Assembly: GCF_002571385.2 (NCBI RefSeq)
Contig: NW_019217977.1
Coordinates: 192,434-256,433, forward strand
From: Stylophora pistillata
Lineage: Eukaryota
Direction: 5' to 3'
DNA: 64,000 bases
The notes under the pieces: model-generated
Told to the model about the DNA's origin: nothing
The model's database searches: none
What the model saw: only the letters and a program-made list of their open reading frames with translations
Position numbers and translations under genes: made by a program
Shown here: positions 12,280 to 47,437 of the stretch, piece by piece
How positions within the stretch are numbered: the first letter of the stretch is position 1
Layout of the letters: the number at the start of each line of letters is the position of its first letter

Positions 12280-15200
12280 TTAAAATAAGGCAAATGCAGG
12301 TCTGTTTGGGCTTTTAGCATTACCAGGTTGGGTAGTTGTGCCAAAAGAGAAAGTGAAGCCTTCTGGGCTTTTTGATTGGTGGGTAAAATCTGCATCTCCA
12401 AAGATTGAACAACCACTTGCTACAGGTGACAGGTTTGTGCCAAAGAGTCCCATGCTGCTTCTACTCTCTGTAGTTACTGATGGTTCAAAGAGGTTTGCAG
12501 CAGGCCTGTCTAAATTAAACTTGCTAGCTGACCCTGCAAAAAGAAAAAGTCAAAAGAAAACTACTCTAGGTACTGGTATCATAGCAAGCATTTGGGACTT
12601 GGTAACAAACACTTAAGTAAGGTGACAGTTACTGTAGTTACTGTTACTCCCCTAAGAAGTTGGTTTAATATGTGTTTTATTCTGTTGTGATGTTTAACAA
12701 CCAGGAAAAAAAACAGGAGAATTGTTATGATCTATCACAAGGGTGAATTCCAGTAATTACCCAGTGTTTGTAATTTAACTTTCTCTTTGGGCACAGATCA
12801 ACTCTCCAGGTTTTCCCCTGATTATACCAGGACATTGTTACAATATTTTTCATGTAAAAAAAACTTTGCTAATCATATTAATTTAACACTTGTGTTAGGC
12901 CTCCACAATACAACAAAATTATTATATTGTCTATTATTCAATTGGAATCTCTGGGTTATTGTTAATTAATTCTCTTACAGAGATATGATTTAATCTTATT
13001 GTAAGAGAATTAATTTCCATGTGAAAATGACATTGCAATGACCTTTCTTTCTTTCTTGTTGTAGTAAACCAATTAATCAGGGTATGAACCAAGAAAAATG
13101 AGTTTTCCATTAAATTTTATCATTCCCTTGCAAGACATTGGGTGATGATAATTAATAACTCTAAGAGTACAAGAAACACATAATATTACCATTTGAAATC
13201 CCTTTCAAATGAAACTGTCATCAATTTTTAATAATTTTTTAAAAAAGCTAAAATAAACATTAAATGCTGAGAGGATCAGAATAGCACATCTTCACTGGTA
13301 TGATAATTCTTCTTAGGAAGATATATTTAATTTGTCACATAAATACAGGGTTTAAAGATTAATCTTTGATGGACAGTAGCCTTGATATGGTAGATATCCA
13401 TATCACAGAGTTCGCCAAGTGTCTTCTTATTATTATGATAAATCCCCTGGTGACATCACGCAACAAAAAATGGGTTTTTACAATCCTAAATCCTGCTGAA
13501 CTTTCAGCAGGAAAGACTTAATAATGTCACACAGTGCAAACATAATAGCCAAAGGTAGATGTCATGCGATCAGACTTATCCATTATTTCTATCATGAATA
13601 CAATCTCAATGCTCTTTGAATTACAAACCAATTGATCCTGAGGTATTGCTTGTCTCTTGCATGTTGAATAGAAAAGGTGTACTATCTGCACTTGGCTGAA
13701 AAAAAAAATTGTAGATCAGAAATTTTTCTTTTTTGAGTATTGTTTTATACTTTGACAATTTCGTTAGTCATCAGAGATTATCGATCTTTACTTATATAAT
13801 AACTTGTATTTGTAGAAGTCCTTATTACTTTTTGTTTAAACTCTAAATCAGGAATATTGAGAATGCATTGTTCACCTTTTTTTTTAATGGAGTGTCTTAA
13901 AACCACAACCTAAGTAATCACAATAGTCAATAAGAACAGAGGGAAAAATCACAAGAGTTCAATGAGAATTAAGGTAAAAACATGCAAACTGCCACGAGCA
14001 TTGGAAAGTGAGTGTGACCTAGTTGTGATTGGTTTTGGTTAAAAAAGACATCTTTATGATTTAGAAGTGGCACATCTTTTCGAGATCAACTTAAAGCACA
14101 GTAGAGCAAAACGAATGCAATCCTGGATTCCTTTCAACACTCAAATTGAAACTCACTCAGAGTAGTAGCTCTTGGATACCTGATTGTTTTCCCCATCCAC
14201 AGAGCCATGGTTAAACATTGGACGACTTTGAAAGAAGAAACCATCTCCAGGTGATTTGGTGAGCTGCTGGATCATATCTGTGTGCACTTCAAAGTTAAAT
14301 GGACTTTTGACAACTTCTGGGGTTGAAATGGAACCACAGTTTTGCTGATCTGTTGATGTTGGTGTTGTAGGAAAGACTGTCTGTTCCTCGTCACCATGCA
14401 GAGTAGTTGATGTAGTTTTATTAGTCTTAGCTGTTTTGTATGAAATATTAATACATTTGACTTTATTCAACTGGATTTGATAGAAAGCCGAAGAATAGTT
14501 AATAAATTGATGGAGAATGTTTTGAGTAGTCACTTTAAGGTCTGTCAACCATTTTTTTGAATTTAATAGTGGCAGAAATTCAAAAGTTCATCCTCTACAT
14601 TTTTTTACAGCTACAACAATCTTAATGGTAACCATTACAATTTCCTCAAATGTTATCAATGTATTATATTCTACAGAGTTGTAATTGGACAGTGTAATTG
14701 GACAGTTGGCTGTATTTGGACACCTATACTGGGACATTTGAAGCAACCAATGATACCAAGTCCATTGAGCTAAATCCACCAATCACAGAATTGACTACAA
14801 TAACCATAGCAACAACTGCTTACCCTACAAATCTAGGCAATTTCCAACATGGAGGATTTTTTTACTTTAAACAATGCCTAGCTACCAGATATATTGTCTC
14901 AAAGTAGATGGAAATTGTAATGGTTATGAGTAATTGGTAACATGACTTTGTATTGTCTAATTCAGTCCATAATCATACTTGTGATTGATAAATCAAACTC
15001 CCAATTCGAGGTCATCAGTTTTGTAATCACTCAAAACATATTATTGTAGACTGAGTTGGACTCCATTCAGTCCTGTTACCATTATATATTGAGGTATTTT
15101 GTATATGGATGATTGATAAATTACACCACCCTCTATTTGCCAATGTATCACCTAAAGACTGAAGGTGTTGGTCTGTGTAGCTCTCCTCATAAGCTGAACT

Positions 15201-18200
15201 TGTTTGATCATCTGTGCAATGCCTTCTCTGCTGATTTGGAGTGACTGATAAGTGCTCAGGAGAATATTTCTTCATTGGTACAGCCTCTTTTGGCTGGCAT
15301 AGCACATTTTGGTCTTCATATGACTCCACTTCCATATTTGACACAATGCTCTCTTGTTTTGAGGACTGATCAAAATCTGAGTGCTCAACTTGCTGTGATA
15401 TTGTCACTGGGGTTTGAGGTAGAGAGGTATTTCCATCTGGGGAATTGTTCTCTTGATGACTCTCATCCACACATTTTTTGAACTCTGCTTGTTTGATGTT
15501 GGCTATCTTAGTAGTGATCCTTTCTATGCAGTCTTCAGTTTTTCTTCTTTCAATATTCAGCTGAGCTCTTTATATCGTCAAAGAAAATAACTTTGAACTG
15601 GAGGCCTCCAAAGTGACTATACTTTCCACTGATAGACTGTGCAACAGCACGATTTAACCCATATAATAGTTGATGTTCAGCTTATGTAATAATGTTAACT
15701 GATTTTGAGTAATTCAGAAGTGGGTAATTTATCTTGATTTCTGATTGATAAGAAGTGTTGCACAAGGATTATTTTTAGAAGGATACAGTTGGATCATGAG
15801 TGGAATAGCAGATGTGATTCCTTTCTTTAGTGATTCTGAAATTAGATCGATAAAGATGCTTTGTTGTGTTTGTGTAACTTTTTAGTCCCTAACATCAGAT
15901 TAAATATTCTCCACAGTGTTCTTCATACCTCGCCCTCCTATGGTACTAACAAGGAGAATTTCTCTAACTGTTAAGATCTTTATTATTATTATAGGTGGTG
16001 ATTATTTTCTGTATTCTCATAACAGAAGTGTTAGATTCAGCAATGATACTGTTTGGAGAAATTAGATGCTCTTCACTTTCAGGGGTTAGATAGACAAATC
16101 AGCACGGTTTTGATATTGGAAAGCCATCCTAACAATACCATCACCAAATGACACATTTATATTACCTTCTATGGTCGTCTTTTCTTTTTCCATAATGGAA
16201 ATATCTTCTTCCATTTGCTGGATAGTGGATCGTATTGTCTGCACTAGGAAAAATGAAATGTGAACAACAAATTAACAATTTCCAACAGCAATATGGTATC
16301 TTTCAACATTTCTATAATCCCTGGAAGTAAATGAATATGGTGACTGTTGCTGATAACTTACATTCTTCTTTGGTTTCTTTGGTGTTGATCTTTATCTTTG
16401 TGAGCTCCTGAGCATTTTCTTTACTTTCATACTGCCTTTTATATCTGTCCCATATTGCCTTGTACCTGTTGAGGATGCTCTGGTTTTTTGACCTAAATGA
16501 AAATTAAGGCTAGGATGAAATTCCAGTTATAACTGAAGCAAATTGTAAATGATTTACACCATTTGGAATTATATTTTCTCCCACCTGGCCTTCTCAAGTT
16601 TACCAACCACTGTTTCTTTCTTTTTCTCCATGGCCTCCTCGTGTTCCTGTAGAACACAATTGGTTCGTTTCAAGCTGGGTGGGGAACAAGAGAATTAATT
16701 GTTGTCAACTTTCAAACGTTTGCTAACTATTTCGTGTTTTTCAGGGAGCAAGTTATAGGATAGTGACTGGTTAGTATACTTTGTTCTGAAAGGGTGGCAC
16801 ACAGTGTGGTAAGAAGATCAGGGGCATCCTAGGCTAATTTTTAAAAATTTTCAGATTAGAATTTGCAAAACAACAATAAGCAATTATTGGATGAAGTTGA
16901 GCATGCTGGGGCGGATGCAGGGGTGGATCGGTCAATCCCCCTAAATTATCCCTCAAAATGCTGGAAATCATGTTTCCAAAGACCTAATTTTCAAAATCTC
17001 CTTGGGGAGCATGCCCTTGGGCAATTCTCCGAACCCCCCTTGACTAAATCCTGGATCCGCCCCAGACATGATAACATTAATTATCAAAACCAAGGTCAGG
17101 GTTATCAACCAAAGCCGAAGGTTGAGGCATAGTTAATCTATGGTTGAGGCAGATAACACAGTAAAAAGGTTTCATTGATAATTCATGATATCATGCAAAA
17201 CCAAATTCAATAATTGTTTTATGGTATATCTTTTAAACAATCTGCAAAAGAAGATACTCTTCTCAGAGTTTACAAAAGGTTGAGAACACTACACATGCAC
17301 ATAAGGCTAGGAAACTAGGCAGACTTTGAATTCAATGTTATAAATGCAATATCCACCAGAAATATTGCCATCTCATGTCAACTTCATATCCTATTGTATA
17401 TTGATCGAATGCCCTCAACCAATCAGATTTTCCATGATAAGTCTAATGTATGATAATATTAATTAAGAGTTGAGCATTTGCACCCATAGAGCATTTCCAC
17501 TGTTTTTATGTAGACTACAACGTTACATCACTCTTTACCTGGCACATATCTCCCTGTTTTGTGCAAATTGTTTGTGCAGCTGCTTAGCTTCTTCATCAAG
17601 TTGTGTGGTAGACTTTTCCAATTCCTCAATTTTATGATTTTTCTCCTCAAACTGCTTCAAGAGGGCTAAATATTTGATAAGAGTTAACACTTATGTACCA
17701 AATTCTTGTGCAGCAGAATTGATACAAGTATAGAAATCATAGCTCGAGATTGATTGTAGAGGCTGGGAAATAAAAAAAGCTTTTTCTAGACTTTCAATTT
17801 CTGTGGAGGGGAGATGCAACCAGCGAAAACATTTATTGCAATCTGTGGAACCCTTTATCCAGCACTATTTTTTTTTTTTACTCACATTAAAATACAGGTT
17901 ATTGAAAAATAACTCTTCCATAAATATTAAAGCTAAAAAAAGAAGATGCCTTGAAATACTCTCACTAAGTTTTTCTTAATCCTGTTAATTCTTATTCACT
18001 ATTTTAACAGCCAATTTTCCTTTTTATTTTAGCCCCTCTGAATTAAACTCCCAAAACAATTTCAAATTTCCGGTATAAATATGAAGAAGATTTAAGAATT
18101 TGCGACGCACCATTTATTTAGTATATTTTCTTACCTGCATAACGCTGTTTCTCTGTCTCAATAAGGCGGACTTGTTCAGAATTTTCCAACTCTGTTTTAA

Positions 18201-18616
18201 AGAGAAATTTCGTCAAGACAGAGTTAGTCAAAACAAACACTGCACAACGATTACGTAACACAATGTAGCAATTGTTTGAGTTGTTAAGCAAAGAAGTTTT
18301 GAAAGCTTCATTTTCATTATGTGGAGACATACAGATCATTCGTCTACCACAAGATTATCTCAGATTATCTTTCAAACACATTAACAAAAAACTTTCTTTT
18401 CTCTTTTGTCACGAAATGATAGGAATTTCTAGGGAGTTATTTTTAAGTAATTTACGCTGTGTCTACATGTCCGGCAGTCGATAGGTTTTTAAAAAAGATC
18501 TTTAAAACACTTTCACCTGCTCTTTGAATAAGCTGATCAATTCCCGGTGAGCACTGCTGGTGCTGTGCAAGGGGTTGTTGAGGAATCAAAGGAAAATTCG
18601 ATTCTGAGGTCTGCAT
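12280..18616 (-). CDS. SIX6OS1: SIX6OS1/C14orf39-like synaptonemal complex central element protein (~539 aa)
   Basis: Exons 18616-18517, 18191-18135, 17665-17539, 16674-16585, 16492-16362, 16243-16166, 15835-15787, 15567-15152 (donor uncertain), 14430-14180, 13695-13629, 12533-12280 join into one 1620-nt frame. The N-terminal coiled coil contains LDEEAKQLHKQFAQNREICASLKRTNCVLQEHEEAM and YKAIWDRYKRQY, resembling human SIX6OS1 as I recall it (DEEID...CRNWKPTCDVFRKHEDYM, YKEVLKQYQLKY). A disordered S/T/P/Q-rich middle is followed by an F-rich end, PEGFTFSFG...AFALF*. Confidence 0.78.
16909..17062. mobile_element. GGGCGGATCCAG-TIR MITE
   Basis: TIRs GGGCGGATGCAG / CTGGATCCGCCC with CTG/CAG flanks. 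Same family as 20043-20212. Confidence 0.8.
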
Positions 18617-18749
18617 TTTCAACACAGACAGTATTTAAGTGCAGCTAAATGTACACTGTAGACATTTCCTTCTCCCGCTTTTCCTTTTTTTTTCCTCATC
18701 TGTTTCTCTGACGACACTGCTCGGTAAAGTGGTATCCGCTCTCGTTTTA

Positions 18750-18813
18750 GCGCCAAAATTTCCCGCCTTTTTTAGGAAGACCAAACGTTAATGATTAAGG
18801 AGAGCTCTTCAAA
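18750..18813 (-). promoter_or_regulatory. E2F sites and CHR-like element upstream of the SIX6OS1-like gene
   Basis: GCGCCAAA (18750-18757; TTTGGCGC on minus), TTTCCCGC (18759-18766) and TTCAAA (18808-18813; TTTGAA on minus), 135-200 bp upstream of the ATG. Confidence 0.5.
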
Positions 18814-19066
18814 AGGTTGAAAATGATAAAAAGATTGAAAGAAAGACAGAATAAAAGAAAGTATATAGAAAAAAGATGAAGAGTAATCTTAGTTCACCGC
18901 GGAATTGGTTCAATTACCCGCTAGTAAACCGGATACGTGACAGCTTCTTTTGAGTTATTGAGAAATCCCGAGGAAACCGCAATATTCAACATTACCCGGC
19001 TCAAAGAGATTTAGACGAATCATTAATGAAGATTCTATTTAAAAAGAGGATCAGAATAATATTAAT

Positions 19067-19384
19067 ATACGTTATTACTCGACTCGGGCAGTCAGAGGGG
19101 CCAATAACTAAAATCAACCAATCAAAATGCACTGTTGCCGGTCAAAATCCTCTCAGTATTGGACCGGGCACTGTCCCGAATGGTCCCGAATGATACCGCA
19201 CTTGTGTCCCTTTGAACTTCAGTCGTATAATAAATCTATTAACCAAGCTTGCTCGGGACCGTACTGGAAGAATATCGGCCCTCGGTCTTTTTTGTACGGA
19301 CCTCGCTGCACTTGGTCCGTACTGTCAAGACCTGGGGCCGATATTCTCCCAGTACGGCCCTCGCGCTTAGTTAATAAGATATAT
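19067..19384. mobile_element. Non-autonomous DNA transposon / MITE
   Basis: GC-rich island with TA-ended imperfect TIRs (TATACGTTATTA / TAATAAGATATA) and an internal palindrome CCGTACTGGAAGAATATCGGCCC / GGGGCCGATATTCTCCCAGTACGG. Confidence 0.65.
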
Positions 19385-20042
19385 GTATTGCATGTTTGCA
19401 TATTTACCGTCATTCTTTCGGTTTCTGTGGAGGACTGGATAGAAGATCGAACAAAGAACGGAACCGGAAGTTAATGAAAATATAAATATAAAAAATGTTA
19501 CAGAGATACAAAACGACACAATTAATCCCTTAATCCCAAAGAGTGATTATCAGCTAATTTCTCCTTAAGACATCACACCTGGATTTATCATTGAAAGGTC
19601 ATGAGAATGAGAGGAAATGATCGCCAACTAAGGAAGTCTTGGGTATTAAAAAAATATACATCTTCGTCTGTAACCGGAAATTTATAGAGCCAGCGTGGAA
19701 AACGTGCATTTTTATGTCAATCACGATAACTGGAAATACCCAGATCCCTAAAAGTGGACCTAATGCATTGTTGGATTCCAGTCGTTTTTCCCCACAAGGA
19801 CACATAAATTGTGATATTTTCACATTCCTCAGTCTAGCTAGTGTGTCATTTTTATGCCTGAAATTAAGTTAAATGTTTCAATTTCCAATGAGTTTGCTGA
19901 TAGGTTTTTGACCAATCAGGGTCCCTATAGTATCTCAGTTATTATGTAATGTTTGTTTCCCAATATCGTTTGAAATGAGTTCATTTTTCCAGCTCTGAGC
20001 CCTGAGCAAAGCGGAGGATTTGTCCAAATACGGGAAGTCCTG

Positions 20043-20212
20043 GGGCGGATCCAGGATTTAGTCAAGAGGGGTTCGGAGAATTGTTCCCCTTCTGAGGGGT
20101 CCAAGATTTTGAAAATTAGGTCTTCGGAAACATGATTTCCAGCGTTCTGGGGGGAAAATTTAGGGGGCTCGACCGAACCACCCGAACCACCCCTGGAAGC
20201 CTGGATCCGCCC
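20043..20212. mobile_element. GGGCGGATCCAG-TIR MITE, inverted relative to the 16909 copy
   Basis: TIR GGGCGGATCCAGG / CCTGGATCCGCCC; about 40 nt near-identical to the reverse complement of 17020-17062. Confidence 0.8.
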
Positions 20213-21027
20213 CAGGAAGTCTTAAACTGAGGACGATGCGACGACTTTCGAATCAACGATGGGCTAAGAATGCATGAAAGAGCTGAATAAGCCATTTCCA
20301 AGAGTCCTCGGGGCTCTGTCTCACACGAGGGTAAGTAAGAAGCTTTACTTCGTTCTGAGAGCATTTCACCTTTTAGCCATTCACGTGTAGAATTCTCGAA
20401 AAAGGTGGGAAATTTCGGTGCTAAGATAAGAACGTATATATCAATTTGTAGTTTCGTCAGGGATAACGACACAAAAAAGTGAAGGAAACGGTTACATTGA
20501 AATACTTTTTCTTTATTCCATGCAATATAAACTGTTTTTTGTCTTCAAGAGGAAGGTTTTCCTTTTCAACTAATTATTCGAAAAAAAAAAGAGTTTATTG
20601 GACCTCAAAATTCGGGCAGAAGGTCTCACAAAGGCTGACATATGTATTTCCCTCAAATCTAATGGGTCAAACCGGACATTAGCGGGCAAGAATTGAAGTT
20701 CTTCCGTCCATATTCAATTAAAAAGAAAATATGTGCAAAGGCCGTGAAAATAAATTTTTTTTCCTTTTTTCAACGGATTTGAACGTTGGACTAAAAATGA
20801 GTGAAAATAAAGTAAGCCTAAATGTTCGATATTTTCAGATATTCAAGATGAAACTTTGAAACTTCATTAAGATTTTATAGGCACTACTTTGAGAGGAAGA
20901 ATTAATTTATGGGAATTTTTTTCCCAGGTTCATAACAAGGAAACGAAGGGGAAAAAACGGGAAAAATGGAAAGAGTAGAAATAAGAAGAATGAGAATTTT
21001 GTAGTCCATGACTCATCGCGGTCGCGC

Positions 21028-21036
21028 TTTATATAT
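21028..21036 (+). promoter_or_regulatory. TATA-like box upstream of GNB
   Basis: TTTATATAT embedded in CpG-rich sequence about 300 bp upstream of the GNB ATG. Confidence 0.35.
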
Positions 21037-21326
21037 GGGAGGGCCTCAGCAAGATTTCAGGGTCCGCGCCTTCGTTTGCAATCCGCCGAAAAGGAACCAC
21101 TCCCAACGATTGTAGCGAGCGATTCTTCTACATGTTATAAACGTAGTTTTCGACGAAAGAGAGTTGTGGACGCCGTTTAAATAGTACATGCAGTTCTCTG
21201 GGCCGGTGGTGATTGTGAATTAGCGGCGTTTGGAAGGATTGGAAGTGGCTACAGGCGTTTGCGTTTACTTGGCCCAATTTTGCCTTGTAACTTTCGGCGC
21301 AAGTTTCAACTAAAAATCGATTCAGA

Positions 21327-31170
<9,844 letters not shown>

Positions 31171-32211
31171 GCTCCCCCTCTTCTGTCCTTATTCTTCCTA
31201 TCTCTGAGAGCAAAGTTTTAGTGGTTATATTTTATACATTGTGATATAAGTTGTGGTTCTTATTGGACGGTGCACAACTTTAAAGGTGCTCTTGTGAACG
31301 TTATCATTGCTCCCTCCACTAAAGTCATTGTATTTTAGATCCTACACTTTAAGACAGATTTGTGACTCTTTGCTTACATCTCATGAGAGGGGCTTGGTGG
31401 GCCACCTTTTATCGCAAAAAATGCATAGATTTTTGCCACAAAAGTTGCGCATTGTAACAGAATCACCAGTGTAAAAAAAGAAATTGTTGCGGAATAGTCT
31501 ATAGGATAAAAGAGAAGTCATGATTTATGTGTTTGGTTTACTTGAATAATTTACCCCCCCAAGCCAATATGAATGAAACTTTAAAACAAAATTCTATAAA
31601 AGAAAACTACGAAAAATATTTCTGGCTACTATAATGCGCACATGTTAGTATCATTTTTCTCGTTTCCTTTCTTTGTATCTGCGCTTGTCGCTCCTGTAAT
31701 TATGAATAATATTGACCTACCCTGTTGACGTATCATGATGCTTAAGTGTAAAAAAAGATTTAAATGCTTGCAGAAGGCCAGCTGGAGTATTGGACTGGGC
31801 TGTTTCACTCAAACTTTATGTTGAAATTCATTATTTCTTTAATCAAAGCACAAACCATAAAATGATATCAGTTTTTTAAAGAAAACATATTGACAAAAGC
31901 AGTTAATTTCAAGCAGAAGAGAAGCTCTCTGTCTGCGCCCTATCATGTTATTAAAAATATTCCTTTTTTTTGAAAAGTCAGTGTAATTGTGAGCTCGTTT
32001 TGCTTCTGAAACCTTAAGCAAATTTTGGAGAATACTTATTAAAAAGAGAACTGAGTTCATGTAACTGTCCCAGTGCAATTATTCCAGCTTTGGCTGCAGT
32101 CACTCCATAGCTTAGTAAATCATAGGGTTTGTAACTGTTAGCAGTCGAAGGCCAAGACGTGTAATTCTGGTCGTAAAACTGACTTTATATTGTCATTGTG
32201 AAATGTGAGTC

Positions 32212-32217
32212 AATAAA
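32212..32217 (+). terminator. Probable GNB polyadenylation signal
   Basis: AATAAA about 1 kb after the stop codon, followed by a GT-rich element (GTAGTTTGTGTTGGTTG). Confidence 0.55.
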
Positions 32218-33518
32218 GATGAAGTCTTCAATGTAGTTTGTGTTGGTTGATGACTGAACCTGGCCGTGGCTGGTCACGCAAGCGGACATGGCGCGTTGCG
32301 TGAATGATCCGTGAGATGTGCAAGGAAGATTTGTCGATTTATCGTGTATTAGATTCTCGACACAATTATTTAGTTAGGTTAGGAGAGCTAACTTCCTTAT
32401 TGCGCTTCCCTTCGTTTCCGAAGCTGCAATCTCGGACTCCTTCCAATTATAAATTTGTGAAAAGGGTTTTATTTCCTTGCATCACGTTTTCATTACGGAA
32501 TGAAATAATGGTGTTATTGTAGAATGTGATACTCCCTTCTGGTTACTTACATAGCCACACCCGTTGGCAAGCAGTTGGTAATCTGTTGATGTACTTCACT
32601 TTTACAAATGCGTTACCTCCAGGGTTTGTTTTTGACAATTATTTTCGGGTTTACTGCAAATGGGTAACTTATTACTGTTGGCCTAAAGCTGTTCTTCACA
32701 ATTACTCATTTCCAATTCATCATTATTAATAATAGCCTTGGGCCCAGTTGTTCGAGGGCTGATTAGTGCTAACCCAGGTTTAAATTTAAATCCAGGTTTC
32801 AACAATTCTCTGCTCAAAAGTGTGTTTGGGATGATTTTTCCCATTTTATTAGACCATTCAATTATCAAATTGAAGACAAGTAGAATTAAAATGAATCTTT
32901 TTTTAAACCTTTCAGATCTGAAATCAAATTTCACACTAATCCTTGGTTATTTTAACCCACCTTTGAACAACCTGGCCCAGGGCATTAAAAACTGAGTCCA
33001 ACAATTCTGAATGGTGGTCAGCAAATTCCCCAATCACTGAAAGATACTTCATAAACATTCTGCTCATGTCGGAAGTTAAGAAACGAGGGTAACTTATCTC
33101 TGTGGCCAGATTAGAAAAAAATCACCCCTTGATCCTAATATACCATCAATCACATTCTCCACACTGTTCTCTATACATTTCCAAAGGTGCAGACAAAGAG
33201 AATTTGATTAACAATCGAGAGCTTCTTTAGTTGGTGGTCATTTCCTTTATTCAAATTTGCTTCATGTTTAACTCAGAGGTGACAATGTAAAGAAATTAGA
33301 TACTAGTCACTATTACGAGTCAAAGGGTTAAAGTCCATAATGAAGTTACAAGGCAAATCAATCACAATTCATTTGTTGTATTTTCCTTTCTTTAACTTTA
33401 GTGAAAATTCTTGTTATTTGATGCACTGTCTAACACATTTCTTTTCCCATCCCTTGGCAAGCCATCTTGACAAAGCTTCACACTTCACACTACATTTGCT
33501 TTTATCTTGTCTTTTGGC

Positions 33519-45683
<12,165 letters not shown>

Positions 45684-45837
45684 TTTTCCTTCAAAAAGAC
45701 AATTCACGATAAGTTTCCTGTTAGATCTTAAAATATGTCACTACATCATTTGCTATTAAAAAAAAAACCTTTTAAAACTTTTCCTCATCATTGATTAAAA
45801 AAATAATAAGTAGGAAACAGGAAAAAAAAAATAGAGA

Positions 45838-46049
45838 TTAACCCTTAACAACCTAGCCTCACTATGCATATTCTCCATACTGTTCTCTATACATTTCCTA
45901 AGGTGCTAACAAGGAGAATTTGTTTAACAATCAAGAGTTTCTACAGTTAGTGATCATTTTCCTTATTCTCATGACCTCAATGAGTGATTCAGGGAGGATA
46001 TTGTAAGGAGAAATTACATGTTGGTCACTCTTAGGCATTGAAGGGTTAA
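45838..46049. mobile_element. TTAA-flanked (piggyBac-like) MITE, representative of the dominant ~200-bp family
   Basis: TTAACCCTT...AAGGGTTAA ends. Other copies at about 1665-1882, 2234-2435, 5325-5635, 7100-7298, 15900-16088, 19525-19640, 24680-24815, 25645-25805, 26900-27010, 30137-30327, 33125-33330, 35900-36380, 36857-37060, 38276-38470, 39907-40120, 52026-52230, 53966-54140 and 58118-58310. Confidence 0.8.
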
Positions 46050-47096
46050 CATTATGTAAAAGCAGAGAGAGGAGAATTTCTTAAAGGGTGAAAGGAAGTC
46101 ACCTTCTCCAGCCAGGGCAGGGGATGTGGATAAACAACGTCTCAAAGCATAAAGCTGACAAGAGGATAAGACAACTCTTCCCACCAAGGTCTGGGAGGAC
46201 GTTAAGAAAATCATTCCATTCCGCAAAACAAACACCTGGATTCAAACTCTAAATCCAAAAAGAAAATTATCTTGATATTACTGCAAAATTTTCCCTCCCA
46301 CTTGAAAAAACTGATGCAAGAAATGGAAAGGAAACAACGCTTTGATGGATTGCTGGATGTTGACTAAATGATACAAATTTATAACCCAGTAGATATCCCT
46401 TCTCAAATACATAACACATGTTTCACTGACTTAAATAAAATTACCTAGTCTAAATATCCAAGGGGACTTTGCAATTCAAAAGTTACAATTTTTAAAATTT
46501 TAAAATAAGAGGAAAATAATTTCTGCACAATTAAACACAGTGATTCTGCATTTTATTTTTCCTTTTTTTTTTTGGATGGCTTAGTAACTTGCTGATGCTG
46601 GTTACATCATCCTGGTTTTTCCGCAAGATCCCAAAGTTTCTTGGAGTGGCAAACTAATAAATTTAAATTTGCAAAGGAAAATGAACAGACTGTATTCAAA
46701 GCCTCCTGATCAGACGTCAGCGTTGTTTAAATAATGAACAAATAAGAGCAACTCGGAAAAGCTGCAAATGAAGAGTTTTGGAATGCAGACGTGCAGTGAA
46801 TCAGGTGATGTCTGTTTTGAGGTGTAAGAGGAAATAGAACGCTTAATAAACGAAGATTTGAGCGGCAAGTTAAGAATTTAAATCACAAAACAAAACTCGC
46901 GTTTCTATTTACAAAAGGATTTATTTTTTGATCGAAGAAATAGTTTGTTCTCCGGGGGAACTCTGGGATGTTGATGGAATAATCCATCCAGGCAAATGAA
47001 GAAAACTCTGAACTACCTTGAACATTTTTCATAAAAAGGCATAAACGCTTGCAAATAAAAACGCATATAGGTATATAGAAGGAGAAACCAACTTAC

Positions 47097-47170
47097 CGTT
47101 CACTGGAAGGAATATATACGAAGATTCACGGACTGTGCAAAGTGGAATAATCTCCGACTGGTGCGTGTGG
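47097..47170 (-). other. Probable non-coding first exon of enolase
   Basis: Strong minus-strand donor CG|GTAAGT at 47096 next to the CCAAT-containing promoter, with an acceptor just upstream of the enolase ATG (45718-45720). The 5' boundary is a guess. Confidence 0.55.
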
Positions 47171-47437
47171 AGACTAATAAGCACTCTTCGTTACGTTACA
47201 AATAAAACAAAGGATACCATTGGTCAAAAGAACAGTAGATAAAACATAAACCAATCAGAGATGATTTTATATAGTGCCATTGTAGCTTCTCCCACAAGCC
47301 TTTGCAAGTAGAAATGCAACCAAACTTCTTTCCCCGAATTTCGAAAGTCTAACTAAAATGTGTTTTTAAATGACTATTTTCTGCGCAAGAATGATCGAAT
47401 AGCCTTTGAAAGGTGGTAGGAAATATTAATTAACAAG
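47170..47437. promoter_or_regulatory. Bidirectional ENO/SPEN promoter
   Basis: Head-to-head genes with under 350 bp between the ENO 5' donor and the SPEN ATG. Opposed CCAAT boxes (ATTGG ~47219, CCAATCA 47251) and a ZNF143/Staf-like site CTCCCACAAGCCTTTGC at 47289-47305. Confidence 0.6.

Noticed and set aside
14698-14907. Thr-rich plus-strand ORF inside the SIX6OS1-like gene
   Set aside because: Non-ATG start, no convincing splice sites, includes a short tandem duplication; probably repeat-derived.
20220-20336. Possible upstream non-coding GNB exon (donor AGG|GTAAGT at 20331)
   Set aside because: A single donor motif with no clear matching acceptor; GNB already has a proximal promoter candidate.
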